Positions 9,124 through 19,062 of a DNA stretch of 64,000 bases are shown here, piece by piece (position 1 is the stretch's first letter; each line of letters opens with the position of its first letter). The notes under the pieces are model-generated. The model was given only the letters and a program-made list of their open reading frames with translations, was not told the DNA's origin and did not search any database. The DNA comes from Blastocatellia bacterium (lineage in GTDB: Bacteria; Acidobacteriota; Blastocatellia; HR10), in contig JANWYV010000045.1 in NCBI GenBank assembly GCA_025055075.1, forward strand, positions 22,423-86,422. The letters run 5' to 3'. The position numbers and the translations under genes were made by a program.

Positions 9124-10182
9124 ATGAGAATCTGCGAACGCTGTCGGGCTGTGGTCGGTGCTGATTGGCGCTTCTGCCGATATTGCGGGGCTCGTTTAGA
9201 GTCGAGTCCCTCGACGAAGCCGGAGATCGGCGAAGAGCTGGAGACGGCGATCCTCGAGCCGCGCAAGACAGCGCCGGCGTACCTCCCTCCGGAGATCGAG
9301 CGCGTGCCCCTCGACGCGCAGCTCGATCGCCTGGAGAAACCTCGACGCCGATTCCAGTGGTTGGCATTTCTGCTGGTCGGCGTGCTCGCGCTCGGAGCAG
9401 TGAGCAGCGCAGGCGTTTTCCTCTGGCACGAGGTCGTTCGTCACTGGGTGGCGCCGACTCGCTTCTCTGCCCATCAAAGCGCTGAGTTCTCCAGACGCTT
9501 GACGCTCCCCTTCGACAGCGATGTCGCACTCGCGAACACTAATGGGAATGTGACGATCCGGACGTGGGATGAACCGATGGCCTTGATCACGGCGCGAAAG
9601 CGAGGACGGTCGGCCCGCGATCTGGACGACGCGCGCATTGAGATCACCGAGAGGGAGAATGGGCTCCGCATCCAGACCGTCCAACCGGATGGTTCAGAGG
9701 TCGCCGTGGATTATGAGATCACGCTCCCGCGCCGCGTGCGACTCTCCGACGTGCGCGTCATCAACGGTCACATCCGCGTCCGCGATGTCGAGGGATTCGT
9801 CAGAGCGAGGGCGGTCAACGGTCGAATCGAACTGGAGGGGATCGCAGGGGCCGTGGAGGCTGAGACGGTGAACGGAAGGATTGAGGTCGCGCTCGCTCGA
9901 TGCGCGGACGAGCGCGGGACGATATTGCAATCCATCAATGGGCGGCTCACGCTGAGGCTGCCGGAGATTTGCGATGCCCGCCTCGAAGCGGAGACGCTCC
10001 GTGGAGAGATCGTGGCCGACGATGAGCTGGGATTGACGCGCTCGACGGAACGCTCTCTGGGACAGCGCGCGGAAGGGCAACTCGGTCGGGGCGGGCCGTT
10101 GATCCGCGTGCGCGCCGTCAACGGAGCGATCCGCTTGGAGCACCAGATGCGCCCGAGCGCGGAGGAGGGAATGCGACGATGA
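9124..10182 (+). CDS. Zinc-ribbon, TM helix and DUF4097 (adhesin-like beta-repeat) protein
   Basis: CERC...CRYC N-terminus, one hydrophobic helix and repeated xNGRI beta-strand units. ATG 9124 follows GGAGGGG. Confidence 0.75.
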   Translation: MRICERCRAVVGADWRFCRYCGARLESSPSTKPEIGEELETAILEPRKTAPAYLPPEIERVPLDAQLDRLEKPRRRFQWLAFLLVGVLALGAVSSAGVFLWHEVVRHWVAPTRFSAHQSAEFSRRLTLPFDSDVALANTNGNVTIRTWDEPMALITARKRGRSARDLDDARIEITERENGLRIQTVQPDGSEVAVDYEITLPRRVRLSDVRVINGHIRVRDVEGFVRARAVNGRIELEGIAGAVEAETVNGRIEVALARCADERGTILQSINGRLTLRLPEICDARLEAETLRGEIVADDELGLTRSTERSLGQRAEGQLGRGGPLIRVRAVNGAIRLEHQMRPSAEEGMRR

Positions 10183-11729
10183 ACCAGGACACGACGATCG
10201 CGTGGAAATATCACGAGGCGACGAAACATTCCTATTGGAGCGTGCGCACGAGCGCGCACTTCTTGGATTGGGAGAACCAGCCGCTCCCGTTCAAGATCTA
10301 TCCGGAGTTGGAGGTGATTCCGTTGCCGCGCGAACTGCCGGAGACGGGCGTCTCGACCTTCACCGCTCTGGGAGAGGAAATCCCGCCGCCGGGCGCTTCG
10401 AAGGATCCGATCGAGATGCGACCGACGCTCGAACAACTCGCCCACATTCTCTTCTATTCGGCGGGCATCACGAAGAAGAAGACGTATCCCGGTGGAGAAT
10501 TCTTCTTTCGCGCGGCCGCGTGCGCCGGAGCACTCTATCCGATCGAGGTCTATGTGGTCTGCGCCGATCTGCCGGACCTTCCCGCCGGCGTGTATCATTT
10601 CAGCCCTGCGGATTTCGGCGTGCGGCGTGTGCGCGAGGGCGATCACCGGTCGTTCCTAGCGGCGGCGGCTGCGCATGAACCTTCGCTTCTGTGGGCTCCG
10701 GTGGTCCTCGTCTACACGGCCATCTCGTGGCGCAGCGCGTGGAAATACCGCGCTCGGGCGTATCGGTATCATTTCTGGGACTGCGGCATGATCTTGGCCA
10801 ACGCGATGGCGGCAGCTACGGCCTGGCGGCTCCCGCACAAGCTCATCGTGGGATTTCAGGACGACTTGGTCAATCATCTCGTGGGCGTAGATGGAGAGCG
10901 CGAGATGAGCCTGGCCCTTCTGACTATAGGACAGACCGCTCACCCCCTCGCGGCGTCGGACCCAATGCCGATGCTGCCGGAGGTGAGGTGGGCCGTCGTT
11001 CCGCTCTCGCGCGAGGAAGTCCCATATCCGCTCATTCACCAGATGCACGCGGCATCACGGCTTCATAGCGCTGCGGACGTTCACGCTTGGCGCGCGCATC
11101 CGCTGCGACGCGGGGATCCCGAACCAGAAGCCGCGCTCTTCCCTCTTGATTCGAGAGCGCCGTTGGCGCCATCCGAGGAATCGTTGGAATCCGTCATCCG
11201 GCGTCGCGCCTCCACGCGGCGCTTCGCCCGCAAGCCGATCTCCCTCTCGGAACTCTCCACGATCCTGGAATATGGGACGAGGAGATTTCCGTGCGATGCC
11301 ATCGAGGATTCGCTCAACGATCTCTACGTGAACGCGCATGCTGTTGAGTCGCTTCCTCCGGGAGCGTATTTCTTCCACCATCGCCGAAAGGCTCTGGAAC
11401 TGCTGAAGTCGGGCGATTTCCGCCGTGACTCTCGTTATCTGTGCTTAGAACAGGACCTCGGAGGAGATGCGAGCGCGACCGTCTTCTTCCTCGCCGATCT
11501 TCGGACGATCCTCGCGCATTATGGAAATCGAGGCTATCGGCTCGCACAATTGGAAGCCGGAATCATCGGTGGGAAGTTTTATCTGACGGCTTACGCGCTG
11601 CGTCGAGGGGCAACGGGTTTGACCTTCTACGACGACGATGTGACGGCGTTCTTCTCACCTCACGCCGAAGGCAAAAGCGCGATCTTCGTGATGGCGCTCG
11701 GAGTGGCCGGTCCTCGTCCTCGATGGTAA
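10179..11729 (+). CDS. SagB/ThcOx-family dehydrogenase with tandem nitroreductase domains
   Basis: YHEATKH, RAAACAGALYPIEVY, WRSAWKYRARAYR, second domain RRASTRRF...GNRGYRLAQLEAG. ATGA overlap with the upstream gene. Confidence 0.88.
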   Translation: MNQDTTIAWKYHEATKHSYWSVRTSAHFLDWENQPLPFKIYPELEVIPLPRELPETGVSTFTALGEEIPPPGASKDPIEMRPTLEQLAHILFYSAGITKKKTYPGGEFFFRAAACAGALYPIEVYVVCADLPDLPAGVYHFSPADFGVRRVREGDHRSFLAAAAAHEPSLLWAPVVLVYTAISWRSAWKYRARAYRYHFWDCGMILANAMAAATAWRLPHKLIVGFQDDLVNHLVGVDGEREMSLALLTIGQTAHPLAASDPMPMLPEVRWAVVPLSREEVPYPLIHQMHAASRLHSAADVHAWRAHPLRRGDPEPEAALFPLDSRAPLAPSEESLESVIRRRASTRRFARKPISLSELSTILEYGTRRFPCDAIEDSLNDLYVNAHAVESLPPGAYFFHHRRKALELLKSGDFRRDSRYLCLEQDLGGDASATVFFLADLRTILAHYGNRGYRLAQLEAGIIGGKFYLTAYALRRGATGLTFYDDDVTAFFSPHAEGKSAIFVMALGVAGPRPRW

Positions 11730-11796
11730 GCGTCAGAGCTTGAGCACGGGCGCGGGAGCCGATACATTTGAGTCCTCCGCTGAGGAGGGGTCGGCG

Positions 11797-12702
11797 ATGA
11801 TGGAAGAGTTGATCACAGAACAAGCGAACCCTCGCACGCGGGACATTGACGAGCGGAGCACGATAGAGATCCTCCGCCTCATGAACGAGGAGGACAAGCT
11901 CGTGGCGGAAGCTGTCGGGCGCGAGTTGGAGCGCATCGCGGCGGCTGTGGAGGTGATTGTGGAATGCCTGCGGCGCGGGGGACGCCTCTTCTATGTCGGG
12001 ACAGGGACGAGCGGTCGTCTGGGCGTCCTGGACGCCGTCGAATGCCCACCTACGTTCGGCGTGGCTCCGGAGAAAGTTCAAGCGATTCTCGCCGGAGGTT
12101 ACGACGCTTGCCACCGCGCGGTCGAAGCGGCTGAGGACGACCCGATGGCTGGAGCCGCCGCTATCGCCGAACGGGGAGTGACGGCCGGCGACGTCGTCGT
12201 GGGAGTGACCGCGAGCGGACGCACGCCGTTCACCCTGGGCGCATTGAAGGCTGCGCGTTCTCTGGGAGCGATCACTATTGGCATCGCGTGCAACCCGAAT
12301 CCCGAGATCGCGCGCGTCGCCGATCTGACGATCACGCCCGTTGTCGGTCCCGAGGTGATCGCAGGCTCGACGCGCTTGAAAGCGGGGACGGCCCAGAAGA
12401 TGGTCCTCAACATGCTCAGCACGGCGGCGATGATCAAGCTCGGCTACACTTACGGCAATCTCATGTCGAACCTGCAACTGAAGAACGAGAAGCTCCGGCG
12501 GCGTGCCATCTCGATCCTCCGGCAGGAATTCGCTCTCTCAGAGGAAGAGGCTCGTCGCCGGCTGGAGGAGACCGGATGGGAGCTGAAGACGCTCATCGTG
12601 ATGCTGAAGACGGGTACTGCTTTGGAAGAGGCGCGGCGCGCTCTGGAAGAAAGCGACTTCTCCATCAAGCGAGCGATCGAGAAGCTCACGGCCTCGGCGT
12701 GA
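11797..12702 (+). CDS. murQ: N-acetylmuramic acid 6-phosphate etherase
   Basis: TEQANP, GTSGRLGVLDAVECPPTFG, ASGRTP, GPEVIAGSTRLKAGTAQKMVLNMLST. Confidence 0.95.
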   Translation: MMEELITEQANPRTRDIDERSTIEILRLMNEEDKLVAEAVGRELERIAAAVEVIVECLRRGGRLFYVGTGTSGRLGVLDAVECPPTFGVAPEKVQAILAGGYDACHRAVEAAEDDPMAGAAAIAERGVTAGDVVVGVTASGRTPFTLGALKAARSLGAITIGIACNPNPEIARVADLTITPVVGPEVIAGSTRLKAGTAQKMVLNMLSTAAMIKLGYTYGNLMSNLQLKNEKLRRRAISILRQEFALSEEEARRRLEETGWELKTLIVMLKTGTALEEARRALEESDFSIKRAIEKLTASA

Positions 12703-12728
12703 GAGACGATCGCGGACGACTGCAATGG

Positions 12729-13241
12729 ATGCCTGGCGGCAGCTCACTCAGCTTGGGGCGGGTCCATTGGCGTCGAAAATTCGCACTTTGCCTCATGCTC
12801 CTTCTCGTCTTGGGCGAGGGATGTCGCCGTTCGTCCACGACCGATTCGCAGACGAATCGCCACGAGTCACGGGGAGAGGCGCCCGCCCTCTCCTCCGAGC
12901 GTGAATCGGACGAAGTGCGCCCACCTTCTCCGTTGCCGGAAGGCTTTCCCGCAGATGTGCCGGTCTATCCCGGAGCGATTGTGCTCGTCAGCCGCCGAAC
13001 GGAAACTCAGCTTACGGCGACGTTCGCAACCAGCGATGGGTTGTCGCAAGTGCTCGATTTCTACCGCGCACAGTTGCCCCGAGCAGGATGGACCGTACAG
13101 GAGCGAGAGCAGACCGAGGGGATCGCTTTCGAGGGGCGAAAAGGGACGCGGGCATGCCAGGTGGCATTGACGGAAGATCACGCGCGCACCTACATCGCCT
13201 TCGTCCTCTCGCTCGCACCGAAAGCCGGGATGAAAGAGTAG
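12729..13241 (+). CDS. Hypothetical lipoprotein
   Basis: Hydrophobic stretch with a lipobox-like LGEGC. LPEGFPADVPVYPGA and FYRAQLPRAGW motifs occur in small uncharacterised lipoproteins. Start is uncertain. Confidence 0.6.
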   Translation: MPGGSSLSLGRVHWRRKFALCLMLLLVLGEGCRRSSTTDSQTNRHESRGEAPALSSERESDEVRPPSPLPEGFPADVPVYPGAIVLVSRRTETQLTATFATSDGLSQVLDFYRAQLPRAGWTVQEREQTEGIAFEGRKGTRACQVALTEDHARTYIAFVLSLAPKAGMKE

Positions 13242-13247
13242 GCCCGT

Positions 13248-14456
13248 ATGGCGACGAGCGCTCGCCGAAGATGGTTGACCCGCAGTGTCCTGGCCATTGG
13301 ATTGGCCAGCCTCTTCTCCGACATCAGCCACGAGATGGCGACGACGGTGCTCCCGGCTTTCCTCGCCCTAGAGATTCGCGCGACACCATTGGCGCTTGGG
13401 GCGATCGAGGGAGTCGCCGATGGCTTGGCGAGTTTCTTCAAACTCATCGGGGGATGGTGGACGGATCGAATGGGGCGGCGCAAGCCCGTCGCCATCTCCG
13501 GATATGCCGTGACGACGCTGGCGACGGCCAGTTTCGCGCTCGCTACGAGCTGGCCGATGATCCTCCTCGGACGCGCGCTCGCATGGATGGCGCGCGGCTG
13601 GCGAACCCCGGCACGCAATGCCTTGCTCGCCGACACGGTCCCGCAGGAAGCCTATGGCAATGCCTTCGGCTTCGAGCGGGCAATGGATACGGTCGGGGCC
13701 TTGGTGGCGCCGGTCCTCGCGCTGAGCTTGCTCACAGCAGGAGCGAGCTATCGCCACATCTTCGCCCTCGCCCTCATTCCCGGAACACTGGCCACGCTCG
13801 CCATCGCTCTTTTCGTCTCCGAAGCGAGACGTCCGCCGCAGCCCTCGCGAACCCTCTTCACCGACGTGCGGCACTTGCCGCGTGCGTTCATCCTTTTCCT
13901 TCTCGTCGCCGGCGTGTTCGGACTCGGACAGTTCGCGCCGACGCTTCTCGTGCTCCGCGCGACAGAGTTGACAAAAAGCCCAGAGACGGCCATGGCTCTG
14001 TACACGCTCTTCAACGGGGTGCAGGCCGCTAGTGCCTATGCCTTCGGTGCTTTGGCCCACCGCGTGGGAAGCCTCAATCTGCTGGGCGCGAGTTACTGCG
14101 GCTTCGCCCTAGTCGCGGTGGGATTCGCGTACGCAGACGCGAACATGCCGCTCCTGATCCTGCTATTCGCCCTCGCCGGTTTGGCCGTCGGCGGCATCGA
14201 AGCCATGGAACCGACCGTATCGGCCGAATTGCTACCGCCAACCGTTCGTGGCACCGGATTCGGCGCCCTCGGAGCCGCTAATGGGCTCGGTGACTTGCTT
14301 TCCAGCCTCTCGGTGGGAGCGCTGTGGAACGCTTATGGACCGGGAGCGGGCTTTGGTTTTGCTGCTCTCATGAACGGTGCGAGCGTCGTTCTGCTATTGC
14401 TGTGGCGATCGCGAATAGTTCCTCCGACACGAGAGCCGCTCACGTTCCCTCACTGA
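13248..14456 (+). CDS. MFS transporter
   Basis: About 12 TM helices; SLFSDISHEM, DRMGRRK and GFERAMDTVGA motifs. Confidence 0.9.
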   Translation: MATSARRRWLTRSVLAIGLASLFSDISHEMATTVLPAFLALEIRATPLALGAIEGVADGLASFFKLIGGWWTDRMGRRKPVAISGYAVTTLATASFALATSWPMILLGRALAWMARGWRTPARNALLADTVPQEAYGNAFGFERAMDTVGALVAPVLALSLLTAGASYRHIFALALIPGTLATLAIALFVSEARRPPQPSRTLFTDVRHLPRAFILFLLVAGVFGLGQFAPTLLVLRATELTKSPETAMALYTLFNGVQAASAYAFGALAHRVGSLNLLGASYCGFALVAVGFAYADANMPLLILLFALAGLAVGGIEAMEPTVSAELLPPTVRGTGFGALGAANGLGDLLSSLSVGALWNAYGPGAGFGFAALMNGASVVLLLLWRSRIVPPTREPLTFPH

Positions 14457-15150
14457 GGATCACGCGAGCGGCTTCGCTCAGCGTGCGCACGATGGGACAT
14501 ACGACAGAAGAAGCAGCCTCGGCGAGCTTCCCCGAATAATCCACGAGCACGGGGCGCACACCGGCTGCCAAAGCGCCAAGATAATCGAACACGAGATCAT
14601 CCCCGACGTGCCACGCCCGCGCCGCCTCGACGCCCACTAAGCGCAGTGCATAGGCGAAGATCTCTGGATCGGGCTTCTCGACTCCCGCTCGGTACGACGA
14701 GATCACGCATTCGAAATATTCGCGAATGCCGAGCTGAACGAGAAACGTCTCCAGCGTGTCATCCCAATTCGAGAGGACGCCGAGCCGACATCCGGCGGAA
14801 CGGAAACATTCGAGCGCCTCGATCGTATCCGGAAAGAGCCGAAACCATCGTCCCGAGCGATATTCTTCCCACAGCCGCCAGGCCACGCGTTCGGGATCGC
14901 CGCGAAAGCCCGCTTCCGCAAGCGCCAGGTGTACGAACCGCCACCACCATTGCCGATACGCTTGGAGATCGAGCGAGGTCGGACGCGGTGGATGCATGCG
15001 TTCGAGCGCGCGCCGAACGGCCTCACCGAGCGCACCATGCTCGATCCATTCCCCCTGTTGCGCGCATGCGCGAGCGATGATCTCCTCCAGACGCGGCGTG
15101 TGAATCAATGTCCCACCAGCGTCCAAGAAGACGAAGTCCGGTTTCGCCAT
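14440..15150 (-). CDS. HAD-superfamily hydrolase
   Basis: FLDAGGTL, LSNWD, EKPDPEIF, HVGDD motifs. Start placed after GGAGGAGGGG. Confidence 0.88.
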   Translation of the reverse strand: MAKPDFVFLDAGGTLIHTPRLEEIIARACAQQGEWIEHGALGEAVRRALERMHPPRPTSLDLQAYRQWWWRFVHLALAEAGFRGDPERVAWRLWEEYRSGRWFRLFPDTIEALECFRSAGCRLGVLSNWDDTLETFLVQLGIREYFECVISSYRAGVEKPDPEIFAYALRLVGVEAARAWHVGDDLVFDYLGALAAGVRPVLVDYSGKLAEAASSVVCPIVRTLSEAARVILSEGT

Positions 15151-15198
15151 CCCCTCCTCCGTGGCCCCGATCCCCGCGCGCGTCACGTAGTGCTTCGC

Positions 15199-16347
15199 TC
15201 ACCGAGCCGGAACGATGCGCAGCACGCGATCATCACCCGCGCGTGGCAGGCCTCGCCCATCGCGATTGCTCGTCGTCACGTACAAAAATCCGTCGGGGCC
15301 TTGAACGACATCGCGCAATCGCCCGAAATCCCCCACGAAGAGCTTCTCCGCTCGCTCCACACTGCGGAAATCCGGCGCCCGCAGCGTCACCCGCTGCAAG
15401 TGCTGCCCGCGCAATGCGGCGAAGAAGAAGCGCCCGCGCCACTCCTCCGGCAAGCGATCCCCAGCATAGAACGTCGCGCCTGAGGGAGCCCACGTGTCCA
15501 AGCCCGACTCGAAGATGGGGTCAACGAACCGAGGATCCCGAGCCGCGCCGAAGACGTGCGGCCAGCCGTAATTCCGCCCCGGCTCGATCAGATTCACCTC
15601 GTCATGGCAACAGTTGGGCGGTAATCCCGACGGCCCATGCTCCGTACTGAAGAGCGCGCCCGTGAGCGGATGCCAGGCTAAGCCCTGCGGATTCCGATGC
15701 CCGTAGCTCCATACGGGAGAGTTCGGGAACGGATTGTCCGCCGGGATCGAACCGTCGGGATTGAGGCGCAAGATCTTCCCCGCCAAAGATGTCACATCCT
15801 GTGCCGACGACGGCAGATTGGCATCACCCGTCGTAATGTAGAGCTTCCCATCTGGTCCGAACTTAATGCGCCCGCCGTCATGAATCGCGCTCCCCGGGAT
15901 GCGATCCAAGAGAACGACGGGATCAACGCCTCGCCCTCCACGCTCCACGAGCCGCACGACGCGATTCCACAGCCGATTTCCCTCTCGATAGGTGTAGTAA
16001 ACGTAGACGAACCCGTTCTGTGCGAAATTCGGATCGAGGGCGAGTCCGAGCAATCCCCCCTCGCCTTCGTGCGCGACGGGAAGTTGCGCCCACGGCTCCG
16101 CCTGGAGCCCTCCCTCGCGGATCACGCGGATGCGCCCGGGGCGCTCCGTCACGAAGAGGCGCCCATCCGGAGCGAAATCTATGGCCCAAGGCACCTGCAA
16201 TCCCTGCGCGACAACTTCGACCCGAACATCTTGAGGTGGGACGGACTCCCGTTTCAGACACCCAGAGGACGGCGGCAGCAGCACGAGAATGCCCCACATC
16301 ACCACGAACGCGAACCATCTCGCCCAAATCCTCATCGCCACCTCCAT
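15199..16347 (-). CDS. PQQ-dependent soluble aldose sugar dehydrogenase (GSDH/YliI-like)
   Basis: GEGGLLGLALDPNF, HDGGRIKFGPDGKLY, YGHRNPQG, EHGP, GRNYGWP, GRLRDV. N-terminal export signal. Confidence 0.9.
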   Translation of the reverse strand: MEVAMRIWARWFAFVVMWGILVLLPPSSGCLKRESVPPQDVRVEVVAQGLQVPWAIDFAPDGRLFVTERPGRIRVIREGGLQAEPWAQLPVAHEGEGGLLGLALDPNFAQNGFVYVYYTYREGNRLWNRVVRLVERGGRGVDPVVLLDRIPGSAIHDGGRIKFGPDGKLYITTGDANLPSSAQDVTSLAGKILRLNPDGSIPADNPFPNSPVWSYGHRNPQGLAWHPLTGALFSTEHGPSGLPPNCCHDEVNLIEPGRNYGWPHVFGAARDPRFVDPIFESGLDTWAPSGATFYAGDRLPEEWRGRFFFAALRGQHLQRVTLRAPDFRSVERAEKLFVGDFGRLRDVVQGPDGFLYVTTSNRDGRGLPRAGDDRVLRIVPAR

Positions 16348-16372
16348 TCCGACGAAGCGCGCCGGAACGCAC

Positions 16373-17122
16373 TCAGCCGACGACTTCCACCTTCGTCACC
16401 TCGCCAGTGAGAATGATTTCCTGACGGCCATCCTCGGTCTCTACGCGCAACGCGCCTATCGGCGTCAGCCCACAGCTTCGCCCGCGCACGCGCCGCTCGC
16501 CACAGAGCACATTCACGTGCTGACCCCGCACGTAGCTGGAGAGTCGCTCATAGCGTTGAAGGATGCGCGTCTCCCCTTCTGCTTTCCAGATCTCGTACCA
16601 CCGCTGTAGTCGAGCGAAGAACCGCTGTCGAAATCGCTCCACATCGTAGGTCATGCCCGTCTCGCGACGCAACGAGGTCGCCACATCGGCGATCTCTTGG
16701 GGGAAGCTGGCTTGATTGATGTTGACCCCGACGCCGAGAATCACATACTTCACGCGATCGTCCTCGGTCTCCAGCTCCAGGAGAATCCCCGCGACCTTTC
16801 GTCCGCCGATCATCACGTCGTTCGGCCACTTAATGTCCGCCAAGACGCTATACTCCTCGCGCATGGTCTCAGCGAGCGCAACGGCGGCAACGAACCCCAG
16901 CAGCGGGGCGCGCGATGGAGGGACCGGAGGACGCAAGACGATCGAGTGATACAACCCTTCCCCCTTTGGAGAATGCCAACGCCGCGCATATCGTCCCCGC
17001 CCGGCTGTCTGTTCGGCGGCCACAACTGTTGTCCCTTCCTCAGCTCCCGCCTCGGCCAGCTCGCGCGCCACGTCGTTGGTGGATGTGACGGAGTCATACC
17101 GATAGACGGTCTCCCGCAGCAT
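16373..17122 (-). CDS. birA: Biotin--[acetyl-CoA-carboxylase] ligase, apparently without an HTH
   Basis: STND, QTAGRGR, KWPND, KVAGIL, GVGVN motifs. Confidence 0.92.
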   Translation of the reverse strand: MLRETVYRYDSVTSTNDVARELAEAGAEEGTTVVAAEQTAGRGRYARRWHSPKGEGLYHSIVLRPPVPPSRAPLLGFVAAVALAETMREEYSVLADIKWPNDVMIGGRKVAGILLELETEDDRVKYVILGVGVNINQASFPQEIADVATSLRRETGMTYDVERFRQRFFARLQRWYEIWKAEGETRILQRYERLSSYVRGQHVNVLCGERRVRGRSCGLTPIGALRVETEDGRQEIILTGEVTKVEVVG

Positions 17123-17289
17123 ACCCGCAATGCCACACAATACTGCCACCCCGAACTTCGCGTCGTCAAGCGACGTCCCCTCGGGAGATGACGGGGAGTC
17201 GGGATGAAGCCACGATCTTCGCCTTTGAAGCCCGTGGCCGCCCTCGTCTATACTCAAGTAGAGTGCGAACCGAAGTGCGGAAAGAGAAG

Positions 17290-18183
17290 TGGCAAGAGCA
17301 GGCGTTGAAGCGTTCCCCCCTCTCCTCATCCCGCTATCGCGAGGACGTCCAACGCGTTCTCCGTCGCGTCCTCGTCTTGAACGTGGCCGTCGTCCTGGGG
17401 AAGCTCCTCATCGGCTGGCGCGCGAACTCACTCAGCATCGTGAGCGATGCCGTGCATTCTTCCGTGGACGCGATGAACAACATCGTGGGCTTGATCATCA
17501 TCCGCTACGCGACGGCGGCTCCCGATGCCGGCCATCCCTACGGCCATCGGAAGATCGAATCGCTGGCCGCCTTCGCCCTCGGAGGCGCCCTCCTGGTCAC
17601 CTGCGTCGAGATCATCAGCCGGGCGATAGAGCGTCTACAAGATCCTTCGCGGATTCGCGTCCACATTGAGCCCCTGACCCTCGCGGTTTTGATCGGGACG
17701 ATCGTCGTCAATGTGGCCGTCTTCATCTACGAACGCCGAAAGGGACACGCGCTCGGGAGCCCGTTCCTGCTGGCTGATGCTCTTCATACGCGGAGCGACA
17801 TCCTGGTGAGCGGAGCGCTGCTTGTCGGCCTCATGTTCATCCGATGGAAGATGCCGATCTTGGATCCGCTCTTGGCGCTCGCCATCTCGGCCTTGATTGC
17901 CGCCAGCGGTTGGCAGATCTTCGCCCGCACGGTCCCCATCCTCATTGACGCCGCGCCGGTCTCCGCCGAGCGAGTGGAAGCGATCGTCCGAGGCGTGCCC
18001 GGCGTCAAGCAGGTCCGCGCTATTCGCTCGCGCAGCGATGGGGAACGCATTTTCCTGGACCTCGTGCTCGTGCTCAATCCGGAGGACGTGCGAACGGCCC
18101 ACGAGATCACCGAACGGGTCGAAGAGCGGCTGTGCGAGGCTCTCGGTCCCTGTCAGGTCACGATCCACATGGAGCCTTCATGA
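17290..18183 (+). CDS. Cation diffusion facilitator family transporter
   Basis: SDAVHSSVD, HPYGHRKIE, ADALHTRSD and a C-terminal dimerisation domain ending IHMEP. Start is uncertain (ORF open from 17188). Confidence 0.9.
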   Translation, partial: WQEQALKRSPLSSSRYREDVQRVLRRVLVLNVAVVLGKLLIGWRANSLSIVSDAVHSSVDAMNNIVGLIIIRYATAAPDAGHPYGHRKIESLAAFALGGALLVTCVEIISRAIERLQDPSRIRVHIEPLTLAVLIGTIVVNVAVFIYERRKGHALGSPFLLADALHTRSDILVSGALLVGLMFIRWKMPILDPLLALAISALIAASGWQIFARTVPILIDAAPVSAERVEAIVRGVPGVKQVRAIRSRSDGERIFLDLVLVLNPEDVRTAHEITERVEERLCEALGPCQVTIHMEPS

Positions 18184-19041
18184 CCACGCGGCCGGATCGG
18201 TGCGCGTGAGGAGATAGAAGCCGCGTCCCTCTTCCTCAACGCGGAAGAACTCCTCGGCGATATACCCGACTTCGAATGCCCGGAGGAAGACGCGCTGAAC
18301 GCTCTCCCGCCATCGGCGCGCTGCCTCCAGATTGCGCGCCTTCAGCGCGTTGATGTCCAATGGGATCTCCACCAGAATCGGCTCGCCGCGCGCCAGAGCC
18401 ACGGGCTCTCCCTCTGTGGGGAATTCCGATGTGGCCGAGCGCGGGTTCGCAATCGGCCACTGACGCCACGAAGCCGACGTCCCCTCGCGCGCGCCGCGTT
18501 CTACGCGCTCCAACCTCTCGGCCACGCGCGCGCTCGCAATGGGCCAACTGACCCACAGCCGATCCGTCCCCAACCCTTGATGGAGGAAACTCGAGCTGGC
18601 CTCCCCGTAGAAATCCACCTCGTACCGATCGGCGTAGACGCCGAGCTTGGCGAAGTTGAAATAGGCATTGCGGGCTTGAAGCGGATCGAACGTCCAACTG
18701 ATGCGTCGAATCCCGCATTCCAAAGCGCGCTCGCGCTGCGCCCGCTTGAGGAGGAAACCGATATTCTGCCCTTGGTATTCGGGTCTGACGGCCAACATGT
18801 GCGAATGCACGGTGAGCTGCCCATGCTCCAGACCCAAGAACCCGTAGACGAAACCGATCAAGCGTTCGCCGTCGAAGGCGCCGATGAGGATACCGCCAAC
18901 CTTCTGCGCCGCTCGCAGATGCGAGCTGGGCACGACGTCCAGATCGGCGAATCCCCATACGTCGCGTTGCAACTGCTCGACGGCCCGCAGTTCGGCGATG
19001 CTCTCCAGGTCCCGAATCACGATCGTCATGACCGACGCCAC
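18178..19041 (-). CDS. GNAT-family N-acyltransferase (COG3375-like)
   Basis: HSHMLAVRPEYQGQNIG, WTFDPLQARNAYFNFAKLG, TDRL motifs. Confidence 0.85.
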   Translation of the reverse strand: MASVMTIVIRDLESIAELRAVEQLQRDVWGFADLDVVPSSHLRAAQKVGGILIGAFDGERLIGFVYGFLGLEHGQLTVHSHMLAVRPEYQGQNIGFLLKRAQRERALECGIRRISWTFDPLQARNAYFNFAKLGVYADRYEVDFYGEASSSFLHQGLGTDRLWVSWPIASARVAERLERVERGAREGTSASWRQWPIANPRSATSEFPTEGEPVALARGEPILVEIPLDINALKARNLEAARRWRESVQRVFLRAFEVGYIAEEFFRVEEEGRGFYLLTRTDPAAWS

Positions 19042-19062
19042 CTCCTCAGGGACGAACGTCTC

